Shown: positions 25,554-39,375, counted from the stretch's first letter. The stretch: 64,000 nucleotides of DNA from Tubiluchus corallicola (GCA_030141605.1 JAQGDQ010000178.1:310001-374000), one strand, 5' to 3'. Notes: generated by a model from the letters alone, not told the origin. Numbers and translations: made by a program.

Positions 25554-28304
25554 TATGTGCCATTTTATAAAGTAAATGTGACTGTGACTCCATTTGTGTA
25601 AAGATCCTCTTTACAAAGGTCAATAATTGTAACGAATTTCTCTACACTTCTGCGGATTTCGCAACACTATTTGGAATTACTTCGTTTTTATTACAGGCAC
25701 TTGAAAACATAAACAGACTAGTAAAGAAATTGATACAGTAACTTAAGCACTAATTATGTATTTACAAAAGCCAACTACGTAATTTTTAAGCAGACCCGAA
25801 GAAAAGAAATTGATACAGTAAAAATAGCTAAGCGGTTGAAAATAAAGTTAAAGGAATTGAACTGCTTTGTGTAGCTTATTCTTACCTATTTTCTTCTATT
25901 AGCTAATTTCCGGAAAAGCCATTAGGATTATTTTATTTATAGTAACGATGTATTACTGTGCAAAATTGTGTACACAGATAAAAACAAGACTGCTTGGACC
26001 GCTGTTGCGAGCAGTGGAAAATGACGCACATCGTGTCTAGCCATTGTACTTCCATTTGTTCTATTGTTTTGTTTCATTATTGTGCTATAATTTTTCACTG
26101 AATGGAACAATATATTAGACTGTATAAATGAAATAATAGTTGTGCTGGTAAAGATATATAAAAATTTTCATACTTTCGTTATTTTAAGGTCATTTATTTC
26201 AAATACACTTGTACATAGTACATGAGAAGGTCAAATAGACGCAAGAAAAAGCTAAACAGCAAAGTAAATAATTGACTGTATATGGAACAATAAAAAAAAC
26301 ATGGATACAATTATTAGTAGTTATTTATATTGAATATAAACGATCACAAGCTTAAGATACGCAAAATTTAAATTCAAATAAGTCATCGTGCTCTAGCCCT
26401 TTTCTGAACTCACTCTCTTGTTAAAAAACTAAAGTTTCTGTTTTCAATGCAGCTGTTATATCACGTCTTTATCTGACCGAAAATAAGAAAAAACATCTAA
26501 ATATGGCGCTCAAATTTATATGAGTTTGATGGTGACTCTGCAATAAATTGAATTTTTCGTTAGATTTAAACCATGCTTAACTATAACACAAATTATAAAA
26601 TCTAAAATACAGCATTGCGGTGTTTTTTTTCTTCTTTTCCCTTGCACAAGATATAACCGAAGATATGTAATTAAGCGTTTTGTCTCTTAAAGTTTCTGCA
26701 CGTATGATTTTAAAACTTTAGTTTAATTATTATCACTGAATTTTTTCTGCATTAAAAATATTTAAAATCTACCTACCCCCTAAAACGTGAATGTAAAACT
26801 TTCATAAGAAACATGTTTACATTTTCACGCAAAATAACAACACCCAGTAAAGCCATAGTGTATCGCCATTGCGTTACTTTTGTAAAACCTTGAATTACAC
26901 TATTTGCTAGCAAATAGACGACTAAAGTTAAGCAACGCCAAAAATATACAATGTATTGATGGATGGACGACCATCAAGATTTCATCTGCCATACTACCAA
27001 CGAATGTTCTCCTAGTTGAAGAAGGATACACGACTAGAAAACATCTCTGCTATTACAGTTATCCTAGCGAATTATCCTTCATGGTGAGACACGTTCCTCT
27101 CCCGGAACAATAATCTACGTTTAGTTTGCTCTGCCAGTGAGTGCGGACCCAGACGAAGCAAAAAACACAAAAAATGTAATAAAAAAGAAAGCATTTAAAT
27201 ATTTTTGCTACTTGTCGACAACAACAATTATTCTCATCATATCTTCTGTGACGTGTGAACAAAATCAAATTGAAAATGTTGTAATTATCATGTAAATTTC
27301 GTAGAAAGCAATTTAAAAAGAAGCCAGCAACGCCTTCACCCTTTGCAAATAGGTGACGCCGCGCCTTTTGCACCTTAGATTATGCAATAAAAATGGCTTT
27401 GCAGTTTAAATATTTGTCTTAATTATTTTATATCACTTACACGCTGTCCTATTGCATACAGAGCTTTAATGAGCTACCGGTAACGCCGTATAAAGCCTAT
27501 AAACTTAAACTCCCGCGATGGCCGTTGACAATGCGTAAACTTTACAAAAAAATAATCAGAGTATTTGCTGCACACTCTTTTCTAACTAAGCAAAAGTTTA
27601 ATTACTTTATATTGTCAAGATTTTTCACAATTCAGGACTGTTTATTTCAAGGAGATCAATAAGGAGTTTTTTTGGTGAATCAGTGGTGCACGCTGGGATT
27701 GCGATGCAGTGCCGTTGTACCAGGTGGCACGAGCATTTTAAATTAATGAGAATGTTGTTTTTCAATTGACTAAGTTTTTCAAACAGCTATGTACAATGTA
27801 AAGTAATATGACTTAGCATGGTAAATTATTTGGGATACACGTTAAAATTCCCTTTTTTCCCTAGACACTTTTTACATTTTTGCACACAGCCATTCCCGCA
27901 CACGTTTGAAAGTGCCCGATGTTTTTTATTAAGTGAGACAAAGAAAATGCAGCAGTTAAAAATTTATTTCAAAAAAAATACTGCCGTAAAAATAATCACA
28001 AGATCACAAAAAATCACAAGGAGAAACATTTTAGCCCAGTACATTAATAAAAATGTCACTTTCTCTACTGAGAAAGTTCCGCGTGTGAGAAAGGCCAGTG
28101 GCAAAATGCTTAGTACTTGATGTGGCATGTAGTTTGATATTATGACCCAAATGTAATTGTTGCTGTTCTAGTGATAAAAATGGGTCGATTGTGTTCAGTT
28201 TTTTGCCGCCTACAAAATGTGAACTTTATAGGCTTTCGTTTAATATCGACTCAATAATAAATACTTTAACAAACACACAGCACCGCTCAATGTAGACTAA
28301 TTGA

Positions 28305-28530
28305 TGACGTGAAATATTGCTGCTTGTTAAAAGAGGTTGGGTTAATTAGATTCACCTGTATTGACAGGTGGGACTACAAGTGTGGTTGTCATAATGTCTT
28401 CTTGAATAATAAAATTAGTTGTCATGAATTGATGTAATGACATGAAATGCTATTGTTGTGTTGTTTGAAAGAGGTTGGTCAATTAGATTCACCTTTGCTG
28501 AGCCTACAGGTGTGACAAACAAACTTGTTA
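28305..28530. repeat. Degenerate tandem duplication (about 130-bp spacing)
   Basis: gac.tgaaat...aaagaggttgg..aattagattcacct...acaggtg.gac occurs twice. Confidence 0.6.
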
Positions 28531-28767
28531 TAGTGTCTTCTCGAAAAATCTTACTTTGTGAACTCTATTGCCATGGGCGTTCGGTTTTCCTTTGAAAAAT
28601 GAGTGCTAAGCGTGAATCGATACCTTAAAATAATACCCGTGTCTAAAAATACACAGAACAAATAGTTAAGTACCACTTAGATTCAAATCAGACAGAAATT
28701 ACTAAAAATATATTTCAATTTAATAGAGAAACGTCTTGGCCAATCTAACAAAATATTAATATTAATA

Positions 28768-29015
28768 TATAGGTTTTACACGTCAAATGTAGACACAGGA
28801 ATTTCGAATGTGTTTTGGTAACTCAAATGTGACTTGGGTAAGTCTTATGTAGATATAGGACATTTGACTTAACATGTGTCTACATTTGACTTACCAAAAA
28901 CGCTTAAGATTTGTTGAAAACCATTGTTAACACATTTGAACTGCCTAAGTCTACATTTGAGTTACCAAGACACATTTGAATTACCTAAATCTACATTTGA
29001 CATGTAAAACCTATA
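28768..29015. mobile_element. Palindromic (foldback) MITE
   Basis: tataggttttacacgtcaaatgtaga ... tctacatttgacatgtaaaacctata; internal caaatgt/acatttga units in inverted arrangement. Confidence 0.75.
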
Positions 29016-29867
29016 GTAACAAAATATAATTTTATTTTTCGCAAAGAAACAATGATAATCGAGTTATAATGCACTAGTGTTTCACTAGATTGGTAAATGA
29101 TCGCCACATTTTCTCTATCTTGACTAAAATTTAGTTTTAGTAATCACGATTTTCCATAATCTACTGTAAGAAAATAGTGTTGCGATTTAGTACATCCTCA
29201 TCGCTTAAACCAGTTGCCTCTCTTGTTAGTTTAATTTCTTCCAAGGGTTGTTCAAGTACTGAAATGGTCTAGGATCCCTTAACCAATTTCAATAAAACTA
29301 TCTTTAACCTCGAACACAGAGAACTACAGAATTAAAAACGTTATACTGTAAAAACTAAAAAAAAATGCACCTGACTATTTACATAATGAAAAATTTGATA
29401 AGTCTACTATAAAAAAGTTGTATTAATCAGTTTGCTAAGTTCAATTTTAAATTATTATCTTTTATGAATACATTACCCATGTCCTGGTTATTTCTGCATG
29501 TACTTGGTAAATTTTATTTCAGATACTGTAATTAGTAATCCAAACATTAACTGTTAAAATTGGCAAATTAAAAAAACTAGCGTTTTCTAATGCAAATAGA
29601 CCGCCCAAAGCACATTTCCGTTTTCTTATTAGTTTGTCATAATTGTGTTTTCAATCAGTAATTCCTTATTACCACTTAAATGAGCGGTTTATCATTGCGA
29701 TCACTGATGTTTTTATTTTAAATATGGACAGCAGCTTAGAAGACATTTTTGTCTTTTGACCCGTTCCTCATTATACTACCACACTTCGACACTTGCTTTT
29801 CATGACTTTTACTCCGTTTTTGCTATTGCTACAATATAGAACTAAAAATGAAACAAATGAACAAACG

Positions 29868-30030
29868 AATGATGGATGGATGGATGGATGGATGGAGGGA
29901 TGGATGGATGGATGGATGGATGGATGGATGGATGGATGGACGGACGGACGGACGGACGGACGGACGGACGGACGGACGGACGGACGGACGGATGGATGGA
30001 TGGACGGACGGATGGATGGGTGGGTGGATG
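29868..30030. repeat. (GGAT)n/(GGAC)n microsatellite
   Basis: Seen directly in the sequence. Confidence 0.95.
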
Positions 30031-30442
30031 AATTAATTAACTAAAGAAGAAGTATTTTCTCACACAGCGCATCAAATGTAACTATCGGCACTACAACTGC
30101 CTTTCGTTTATTGCATAAGTTTTCGGCTAGTTTGTAAGTAATAATAACATATGACCTGCTTATTTTGTGCTAAAATTTAATGATATTTATAACCGCTTTC
30201 ACTTACAAATGCAAGAAGAATGACCAAAACTATGATTAATGGGCAGAGGTCCGTAGCATAACAATTTTATACCTGCTTCAAGTCGGACATATAAGGTATA
30301 ACATAGCCAGGTTAACTCATTCAACACGTGTATTTGTGTCAAGCTATATGACGTGTAAGGCAATTAGGTCAGACAAAAGTTTGACTTCTGTTTTCACTCT
30401 TAGATCACATATCGTCATGACTTAAGTAGTGTTAGTAACAGC

Positions 30443-33311
30443 ATGAATGAATCCCTATCGGTTCTGTTCACGTTTTTTGTGGTGAGTTTTTTAAATATAG
30501 AATAATTTTCAAGCAAGAATAACGTATTTGTTGTTTCTACGTTTACATATCTCTTTATAATTGCCGTTTCGATTTTAGTTAACGTCTTCAAAACGTCAGT
30601 GGTAATGATTAATCTTATTGTCCTTTTGCATGCAAACGTCTGGCAATGTGTGTTTAGATTTGTTAGATTAGAAAGGCAACGTAAGGTTCTAGATTATAAT
30701 AACAATTGTTTATTATATTATAATTTTTTATACAAGTTGTCCACTGTAAAGCTAGTGGCCATTTTGGACAAGAAGTTAGAATAGAAAAGTGGAAATCGCA
30801 ATATATGTCCTAGCCAGAAAAATAGTACTCTTCTAATCTGTTTCAGTTACTAACGATATGAGGTATCTTCTAATATTTTTCTTGAAATAGATGAGTTTGA
30901 AACAAACAGGAAACATTCTTTTTGTAAAAAAATCACAGCTATTAAAAAGATCCGAAGTAAAAACTACTAGTTTATAAGCAGTCATTCCGCATCTAGAATA
31001 TGAAATAAGCAAATTAACGTCTTACAAAATGCAAGTTTAGGTTTTTCACGCTTAACAACCATGGTGATCGAACTATTTACACCAGCCAATTATCAATTAC
31101 ATGTTATAGTCACATTTAGGTTGTACTTAGAAAACGTCTGCTTATCCGTCATTCTCTGTACGCTTCGTACCCAGATAAAAATGGCATTAGTTTATACATC
31201 TTTTTGACGGTTTTGTTTACGTAATCTCAGACCTTTATGTGTCAATCAATGGCTTTTTAACTGTTCATTTGTTAATTATTATAATTAAATATTTTTTACA
31301 AATTTTGCTTTACTTGTTACTTATTGTGAGAAGCTTTGTATGGGCTTAGCTAAAAAACGGTAAGTCTCATGGTCGGCTGTGGTTTTCATTTTTTCTTTCC
31401 TTTTTTGTACAGCGATCGTGATAAACATTATAATCAGATGGAGCTATAATAAATGTCTCTCTTATCATGTTTGTATATTGATTTTAGAGCATAGAGGTGA
31501 ACTTTTATTCAGTTATATTGTGCAAAACAACTTATACCTTTAAGGGCAATAATTATTATTTATTACACTTTCACTTTAACTTGTTTATTTCTCATAGTGC
31601 TTATTCGAAAGTGCCTTGACCGCCGGTTATAGCTACGATGATGGTTACGGATTAAAGGAAAACGGTCCACCTGAACTTGGCTTTGCCAAAAGGCTTGGAT
31701 TCCACTCATCAGGTAGTTTCCACCGTGATGGCTACGGTTTAGGCAAAAATGGTCCACCGGTGCCGGCTTTTGCCAAGAGAAAAGGCCTTATTCTTCGAGG
31801 TGGTGAAAGTCTAGACGGGTACGGGTTAGGATTCAACGGACCGCCCGACTTGGGTTTTAAAAACAAAATAGCAATATTCGGCAGAAACAATTACGGGAAA
31901 GGTGGTCCTGGCATTAGAGGTAACGGTCCCCCTCGCAATCTAGGATTTCCACGACCAAAAATCCAAAGACACTCAACTTTTGGTCGCATAAACCGTGACG
32001 GATACGGCATCGGAAGAAACGGACCTCCGCGCAAGAAGTTTGTTAAAAAGCAACCGTTTGTTACACGAGCCTCAAGAACAATACGAAAAGACGGGTATGG
32101 GTCGGGCAGCAACGGAGCGCCTCATTTGGATTTTATGAAGAAACTAGCGTTTGTTTCACACGCTGGAATAGGCCGTGATGGTTATGGTATTGGAAACAAT
32201 GGCCCGCCACGTTTGGGTTTTGCGGAACGGATGGGATTCTATTCATCAGGAGGGTTTACTGCTGATGGCTATGGATTAGGTAATAAGTATTAGCCAACAA
32301 ATATTTAAATACGTAAATGTAAAGTAGTCTGTTTAGTATGTATTAAATTAAGTATGTACTTTAATTAAGTATGTTCTAATAGTGTGAACAGATTTAGCTG
32401 AATAATCGCGGTTTGCACTCAATTACCAAAGTTCAACAATGGCCTGTTTATGAATGGTAGTGTGACCATAAATATGCCTCTGGGTAATTCTTCTGGTATG
32501 CTGCCCACAGCTCTTTCTTTCATTAAGGAAATCTCAACGTGGCGAAGACACTTCCAATAGAGAATAACAGATCCGTGCCAGTCCCACCACAACCATCAAT
32601 GTAATAACTACGCCAAGTCATTAAGAGTTGGATACGGGGTTATAGCGAGGTGAACTTTGTGAAAATGCACTGGCTGTATGTTCTGATCAATGTTTGAGTC
32701 AGTGCCATGAGGACAATGCTTATAGCGTACCGCATTTAAACACTAGCATTTCCATTACATAATGAATGAATAAATGAGTGAGTGAGTGAATGAGTGAATG
32801 AATAAATGAATGAAAAAATGAATGAATGAATGGGCGAGTGAATGAATGAATGAATGAATGAATGAATGAATGAATGAATGAATGAATGAATGAATGAATG
32901 AATGAATGAATGAATGAACGAACGAACGAATTAATTAATTAATGAACGAATGAATGATTTAATGAATGAATAAATGAGTGAGTGAGTGAATGAAGTTCTC
33001 TATTGCGTTTACTTACGTAGTGTTAATGGTATCACTACACTTACACTGTGTTCCAGAAAAATCTCGATAATTAAGAAGTGAAATCACAAACTTGAAAAAC
33101 TTCATTAAACTTCCTATCTGCTGTCATTATTGCAGGTAACAACGGACCACCAAGGCACTCTTTTCTCAATAACTTGTTACTTGTTCCAAGTCGTAAAGCA
33201 CGGATCAGAAGACAAGGGTATGGGCTCGGCAACAACGGACCACCATTAGGGTATGATCCCAATGCAAGACGCCGAAGAAATCCTTACAGAAGTAGAAGAT
33301 ATTATAGATAG
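30443..33311 (+). CDS. Secreted repeat protein / candidate peptide precursor with nine DGYG[LI]GxNGPP-like cores, paralogue B (exons 30443-30481, 31598-32279, 33136-33311; about 298 aa)
   Basis: Exon 1 encodes MNESLSVLFTFFV and ends at a gtgagt donor. Exon 2 follows tttctcatag (CLFESALTAGYSYDDGYGLKENGPP...ADGYGL-g|gt). Exon 3 follows tattgcag (G-NNGPP...RRQGYGLGNNGPPLGYDPNARRRRNPYRSRRYYR*). Phases join in frame; TATA-like tataag near 30290 and aataaa near 33464. Confidence 0.85.
32760..32995. repeat. (GAAT)n microsatellite in intron 2 of paralogue B
   Basis: Seen directly in the sequence. Confidence 0.95.
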
Positions 33312-33980
33312 TGTTTTTAAATTAATAGATTCTTGTAGATATCGTTAATATGTGTTTGTGTGTTATAAGTGTGTAACTTCACCATTTCACTGAGCCTATC
33401 AGCCAAACAAGCTCAAAATGTATACATGTATAGTTTTGAGTTGCTGTTGGTGTGATTTCTTTCAATAAAACTCATCAATTTTTCATTTGTTATTTTTGTT
33501 CAGATATTTTAGTGATTACAGGAACGTACTACAAACGTGTCCTGATACCTAATGACTGGTAGCACTGTACCGAACTATAAATCGTATCATATCTTGCCTC
33601 GCATTGCCACACCACGCCATGCTATAAGTAACATACTACACCAAGCCAGACCAGCCCACACCATCATATTACCACAGGCACTACTATTAAATCTCATATT
33701 AAGACTGGTAGAGGTTAATTGGGAGAACTTATTATAATTTAAGCCATGGAAACGAATCAATCTGATTCTAGGCTTGTAGATTTCCAAAGGTATCCCTGGT
33801 TTTGCTCTGACTTACCAGGGCAAACATTTTATCTCTTCTTATGTCAGCTATAAAACGTATAATTTTGCAAGTATTCGTCAATATTCTCCTATATGTCTTC
33901 ACAAATTTGTAAGTCAACACTTTCTTAGTATTTCTTTAGATTTATGATACTTCCTCGATCTATATATTCAATTATCGTGT

Positions 33981-34255
33981 TAGGGGTGAGCATTATCTAG
34001 CAGAAAGCAAATTCGAATTGAATCGAATTTATGACCTTCGGACTCAAATCAAACAGAATTTCAGCATTTTCGAATCGAAATCGAATTCGAATAAGTTTTG
34101 AATCACTAATAAAAAGAAATTTCACCAAGGTCATGCACACTATTTGATTTCGTTCTGATGTAAAAATACTGATGTTAAAAAACTGAGAACAGTTACATTG
34201 TGCTGTTTGCTTCAACAGCACACTATATTCGTTCGAATACTCGATGTTCACCCAT
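33981..34255. mobile_element. hAT-like ttcgaa-rich MITE, copy 2
   Basis: taggggtgagcattatctagcagaaagc matches the start of 3249; the right end is tgttcaccc. Confidence 0.7.
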
Positions 34256-35254
34256 CATTCCATCTGTACATCTTTCCTATAAAATTCATTACAATACACA
34301 AATTTTGGTCTACGCTTTCATGATAATAATTAACATTCTTGATATAAAATGCCTATTGCCTAACAATTTTCGTAACTGGTTTGATTAACACTCTTCAACA
34401 CACCAGCCCACTATTATGCCACGTTCAGCTTTCAGGTCATCCGCAGTTGCTTAATCCGATTCTTCTCTAACCAGTTAAAATGTAAGAAGAAAACAAAAAT
34501 TTATGTAGTAACTATAACTTATACTAAAATTAAGATTGTGCTACTGGTTTAGTTTGACCAACTAATTGGTCGTAATTCAATCAATTGGTTATAATAACGC
34601 CACATCCAGGGTCTCATTGTTAAAAGAGTTTAAACCACGGTTAGTGACAAAATAATTTTGATATCAATGACAATCAGTGCAGTATATTAAATTGCAATTA
34701 TAGAAGTACTATAATATAATATCATATATACAGTGCCGTGTTATTTATAGGCAACGAATTAGAAAGTACTAGTAACTAATAAGTAACTGAGCTGTTACTG
34801 TATTCATCACGGTCGTTACACATTGGTCGTGGATATACGGCCGTTGCAACTAAGAAAGTGCTATTGAAAGGTAGAAAGCCTATAATTCAAGATACCCTGT
34901 TATGCGAGACTTCATAGTTTTGTCATCGTGAATTATTTTAAGTGAAAATAATTAGAGTTAGTCTAATGTAAGTTACGTAACATCGTTCACTGCGCTAGCC
35001 GTGTTGCATAGAAAAAAGACGTGATAAAAGTCTAAACCTCTTATTTTGTGAATATTTTAGCTTTTCAAACTATACTATACTCGTTTACTTTTGCAGTAGG
35101 GGAATTCAGTAAACGTACAGTCGACTTTGATTTCACAGGTTGTCTTCGAAATAATAAAAAGCCATTATCACTCTTTGAATAATTGCGATTGCGATTGCGA
35201 TACTCGACTCTCCACCTATCAGAGGCGGGCACCTTTATAGGGTGCAAAGTCTAT

Positions 35255-35620
35255 TCTTCTTTAACGCTGATCTTTTATTTGTATTTTCCAAGTTTAATGT
35301 CTTTATTTGTCTTTATCCTGTATTCCATACATTCGTTCACTAGATTTCTAATTTCTAGCAGTCCTTCCTTTTCACTGTTCATTAATACATCTGAGTTCGA
35401 ATTTTTTTTCCATTCTCCATATCTGTAACATCTATCTAAGCATATGTTCAGTAGTGTCATCATCTTCCTCACACACTGGGCATAATAACTGATCCTTAAA
35501 CTCATTCTTGTATTTCCCTTTAACTTTAATCATATTCAGTCTTATTTTCAATATATCTTTGACCTCTTCTGGCTTGCATGTGTCTATGTAATTTTGTCGT
35601 TTCCACTCAGTATGCCTTAA
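35255..35620 (-). mobile_element. LINE ORF2 C-terminal remnant (CCHC zinc knuckle)
   Basis: The minus strand around 35440-35520 reads GKYKNEFKDQLLCPVCEEDDDTTEHML, a non-LTR ORF2 zinc-knuckle-like motif, and is frameshifted. Confidence 0.55.
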
Positions 35621-36626
35621 AAATTTAATTTAGTGCTGCTCCTGCATTTTTCTGTGCATTCACTATTTATACAACATTCAAATGATGATGATGTAAAAAA
35701 CGTTGTCTGGCAAAACGTCCTTCTGGCTAACCGTTACTCGTTAGGCATTGAAAACACGCTGATTTACTTAACTGGGTGTGGTAAAAAATGGCAGACGTGG
35801 AAAGTAGGTAAAAATGGCACAAATGGAAAGTATGAAAAAATGTCACCTATATTATTCTGATGCATCTGATTTCTATAATAAAACTAGAATGTGTTCAGTT
35901 GGAAGCAGACCTCCCCCAAAGCCGAACAAGCTTAAACTTATTTGTCTGATTCTTTTGATTCAAAAATGTAAACCAAAGGTAAACAGTCAGACATACAAAA
36001 ATGCATTTGTATTAGTATCATCTAGCCTAGCAAAAAACTCGCAAAATAGTTTTATTCATTAAATAGGTTTATAATCAATAATCCGGAACATTCCACATTT
36101 GGTTTATATCTACTTTTCTAACCATTAATCTTGGCGATGGTAATAGACTGTCAAATATCTGTGCATTCAGATAACGTCAGCTTATAAGGCTATACACATT
36201 AATGAGCAAAGGTTATAGACAGCGTTACACAGTTTTACAAGTGAGAATTTCTCGAAATGGAACCTGGAACTAACTCGTAGTTGTTTGTCCAGCTGGAAAT
36301 AATAGAAAAGAAGTACTAAACATTCCATCTGAGACCTTCATGAAGTGCTTCACGAGTGTTTTTTTTGTATGTGTTCGGTCAAGCTTTGTTTGTGCGAAAA
36401 AAGAACCGGCAAAAAGATTCCGGTTTTGGCACACCCTGTAGGAAGTTTAAAAAAAAACTTGTGAGTGTGAGTCTTAGTGCACAACTTCAAGATCTGTACT
36501 TAATTTTCATGATTATAGTGTATATAAAACTCTTGCAAGTCAGCTGTTTCTTTTCCGTCTAACAGAGTGTGTGAGTGAGCTGTTCTATAGAACTTTAACC
36601 TTATTGCACTAGCATCTTTCAATGTA

Positions 36627-37299
36627 CAGTAAGTCCTTACTTAACGACACTAATGCTTTCCAGCGAAACATCATCAAACGAAACCAAGACTTCCATAAAA
36701 GGTAACGTAAAAGACTTGAAATACGTCCCAGAGACAAAAATCAATGCTGCTTTAAACATATAAATTAAATGTTTTGTGGGTTAACTTATATTTCTGCTGA
36801 CTAAGTTCTTTCAGCTTGAAACCACCGATCTTTCTTATCAATATTTAGTAGTTAGACACTGCATAGTGAAAGCCAAGCTCTGAGGCGACCTTGAAACAAT
36901 TTCATCTAGATACTCAGTTGGGTTGCTATAAGAACAGGTTGTGGGCAAAATTCCTTCAGATATAGTTTGCATACAGATGCTTGGAGGCGTATCAATGGCA
37001 AATAGATTGTATTGTCCTCGATATAAATGTCTAGCATTTAGTAATCAGTCGGAAAGCAAAAACATGTAATAATTGTACTGTTTTACATTACTAGTATGTT
37101 TTTAGAATAGAATAATGCAGTATGTACTGTTTTAATGCTTGAAAATAAAAATGCTGTTGATCAAATATAAAATAACGCTGAGAAAAGTAAAAAAACGTCG
37201 TTGACATGAAGGCCTCTAAGTGAGGAAGAGGTGTCAAATGTTTAGCGTCGTTGAAACGAAATGTCGCTAAGTGGGGAGTCGTTAAGCGAAGACTCGCTG
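36627..37299. mobile_element. Tc1/mariner (pogo/Tigger-like) MITE, copy 2
   Basis: ta|cagtaagtccttacttaacgac ... gtcgttaagcgaagactcgctg; internally homologous to 14831-15491. Confidence 0.8.
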
Positions 37300-37621
37300 T
37301 TTTCAGAATACAAAGCTTTGTACTAAAGAGTTAAGTATTGAGTAGTTAAAGTGCTGAACTATCTCAAGATAGTTTTTGCCCAGTAAGGTTATTTAATGCT
37401 TGAACACTTGCGGCACTACATGTTATCAATAATATTAATAACTTGAAGGTCATTTTTGAGAATATGATGAGAAAAATCCTTGCAAAATAGGCTTCTCAGA
37501 AACCAAGTCAGAAAAACTAGCTAGCAGCTATGTTTAATATTATCCCCCAGGCTTGACATGTTCTTTGTTCATTAGTTACAGAAACAGATACCATCAAAAG
37601 AAACCAAAGAACCTTGACAGC

Positions 37622-38476
37622 ATGGGATCGGAAGCCATTATCTACTACAAGTGCACGGCTTGCTGTGAGTGTTTCGCAGCTGAGGAAACATTTTTCATTC
37701 ACACAAGAATGTGGCACTGCAAGTTACTGGTGTCAGAAGGACATGATTCTCCACACATGGAAGATAGTGTTCCAGGTGAAAAAGCAGCTGTTGACAGTTA
37801 TTCATTAAATGCTGATGCTGAAATACACCAAAATTCAATGGCATCATGTCGAGGACTTCCATCTCCTGGAGAAAAACCTAAAACCGTAAACTTCGAAGAA
37901 AGTGATTCTGGCCCTCTAGAGGATATGGTTACAGATATTATTATTAAGCAAGAGTGTAGTTTAGATGCTGTGACAGAATCGCATGATAGTAACTCAGATA
38001 TTGTTTACAAAAAACAAGATTGTTTGAACTTCAATAGTCAACAGGATTCAGTACTAAACTCTATGTCAAACAGTCATCAGCAAGGTTCCTTTAACTTTTC
38101 CCAAACAACTTTAACAGAGCATGTTGACTTTAATCAAGCAAACACACCATATGATGTGGAATGTCATCTTAGAAAGGATAAAGAGGCCTTAATGGCAGGA
38201 TTGCTAAACATTACAGCTTTTAGTGATAACGAACCATCAGTATCTAGAAATCTGGTTCAAAGAAGACGCCCGCCTAGTTTACCGCAGCAGTGCAAGTGGT
38301 GTAAAAAACTGTTTTCAAGCAAATCAAGCCTTAAACGACATGAACTTGTTCACAATGGCAGGCGACCTTACCAGTGTAAACTTTGCCATAAACGCTTTCA
38401 GTATCCCTGGGTATTGAAAAGACATGGAATTGTTCATGGTTTTAATGAATTGCATCCAAAAAATCCACAGCTCTAG
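37622..38476 (+). CDS. C2H2 zinc-finger protein (one N-terminal finger, two C-terminal fingers), paralogue 1
   Basis: N-terminal YYKCTACCECFAAEETFFIHTRMWH; C-terminal CKWCKKLFSSKSSLKRHELVH-NGRRPY-QCKLCHKRF..LKRHGIVH. Splice acceptor near 37581; first ATG at 37622. Confidence 0.85.
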   Translation: MGSEAIIYYKCTACCECFAAEETFFIHTRMWHCKLLVSEGHDSPHMEDSVPGEKAAVDSYSLNADAEIHQNSMASCRGLPSPGEKPKTVNFEESDSGPLEDMVTDIIIKQECSLDAVTESHDSNSDIVYKKQDCLNFNSQQDSVLNSMSNSHQQGSFNFSQTTLTEHVDFNQANTPYDVECHLRKDKEALMAGLLNITAFSDNEPSVSRNLVQRRRPPSLPQQCKWCKKLFSSKSSLKRHELVHNGRRPYQCKLCHKRFQYPWVLKRHGIVHGFNELHPKNPQL

Positions 38477-39375
38477 TTGACTGAACTCTTAAAATAAACT
38501 TCGAAATATCAGTACATACAAATATGCCATTTTAAGATACAACTATGCAGTGCCACAGTAACAGTGGCCTGTCACTGAATATGCAACGTTGAATTGTTGC
38601 TCATACATGTATACAATAATGCCAGTGTATATAATTATTATACCCAGTGTGAGCCGCATTAGAGATTTATGCTAGGGAAACACTTCATTTAAGTAACAAT
38701 TAACTGCAAAATGATATTATGTGAATATACCGTTACGTCAATCATAATCACTACTGTTTTAATTTATTTTACGATTTGTGCTCTGCTTTGTGTGTACGTG
38801 AGGTTTTTAAAGCACAAGTTTTGGTCGTTTTATGATTTTACAAATCCAGGTTGATATTTTCTCGCAATTTCTCTTACTCGTACATGGCGTATAGAAAGTG
38901 ATAAAAACAGATGGTCTATTCTGCTAGTATAGAACTCTAAGAGATTTTGCCAGTAATTATGTATATAATTATTAGTTGGAACTCTAACAGATATTCAGCC
39001 ACTGTTATTTATTAATTGTCTTAAGACATTTAGCACATATGACATTGTACATTCTATAATTTTTGTGGCATATTTAATTAATTTACTAGACATGTAGCTT
39101 GAATAGAAAGAAATCAGACTATCTTGTTTTAGGCTTGGTCGGCTTATGTAAGAAATTGTAGCCTGTCTTTTATAGCTCATTGAAATTAATATAGCAAATG
39201 AAACTACATCTTAGTCTTGCAGACTGCTTGGACCTTGGTCATTGATGGGCATTACGGTGGGCTTGGACTAATGCACCCATTAGGTTACAGGTTTACTGCA
39301 ATCTTCACAAGTGATTTTGATATCTCCTTCTTGTTTACAGGAATGGAATAGAAGTGGATTTCTACTAGTAAAACA

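Noticed and set aside
29793-30044. MDGW/TDGR repeat ORFs
   Set aside because: They are translations of the (GGAT)n/(GGAC)n microsatellite.
31616-32293. Gly/Pro-rich ORF as a collagen
   Set aside because: There is no continuous Gly-X-Y triplet register; GPP occurs once per unit of about 30 aa.
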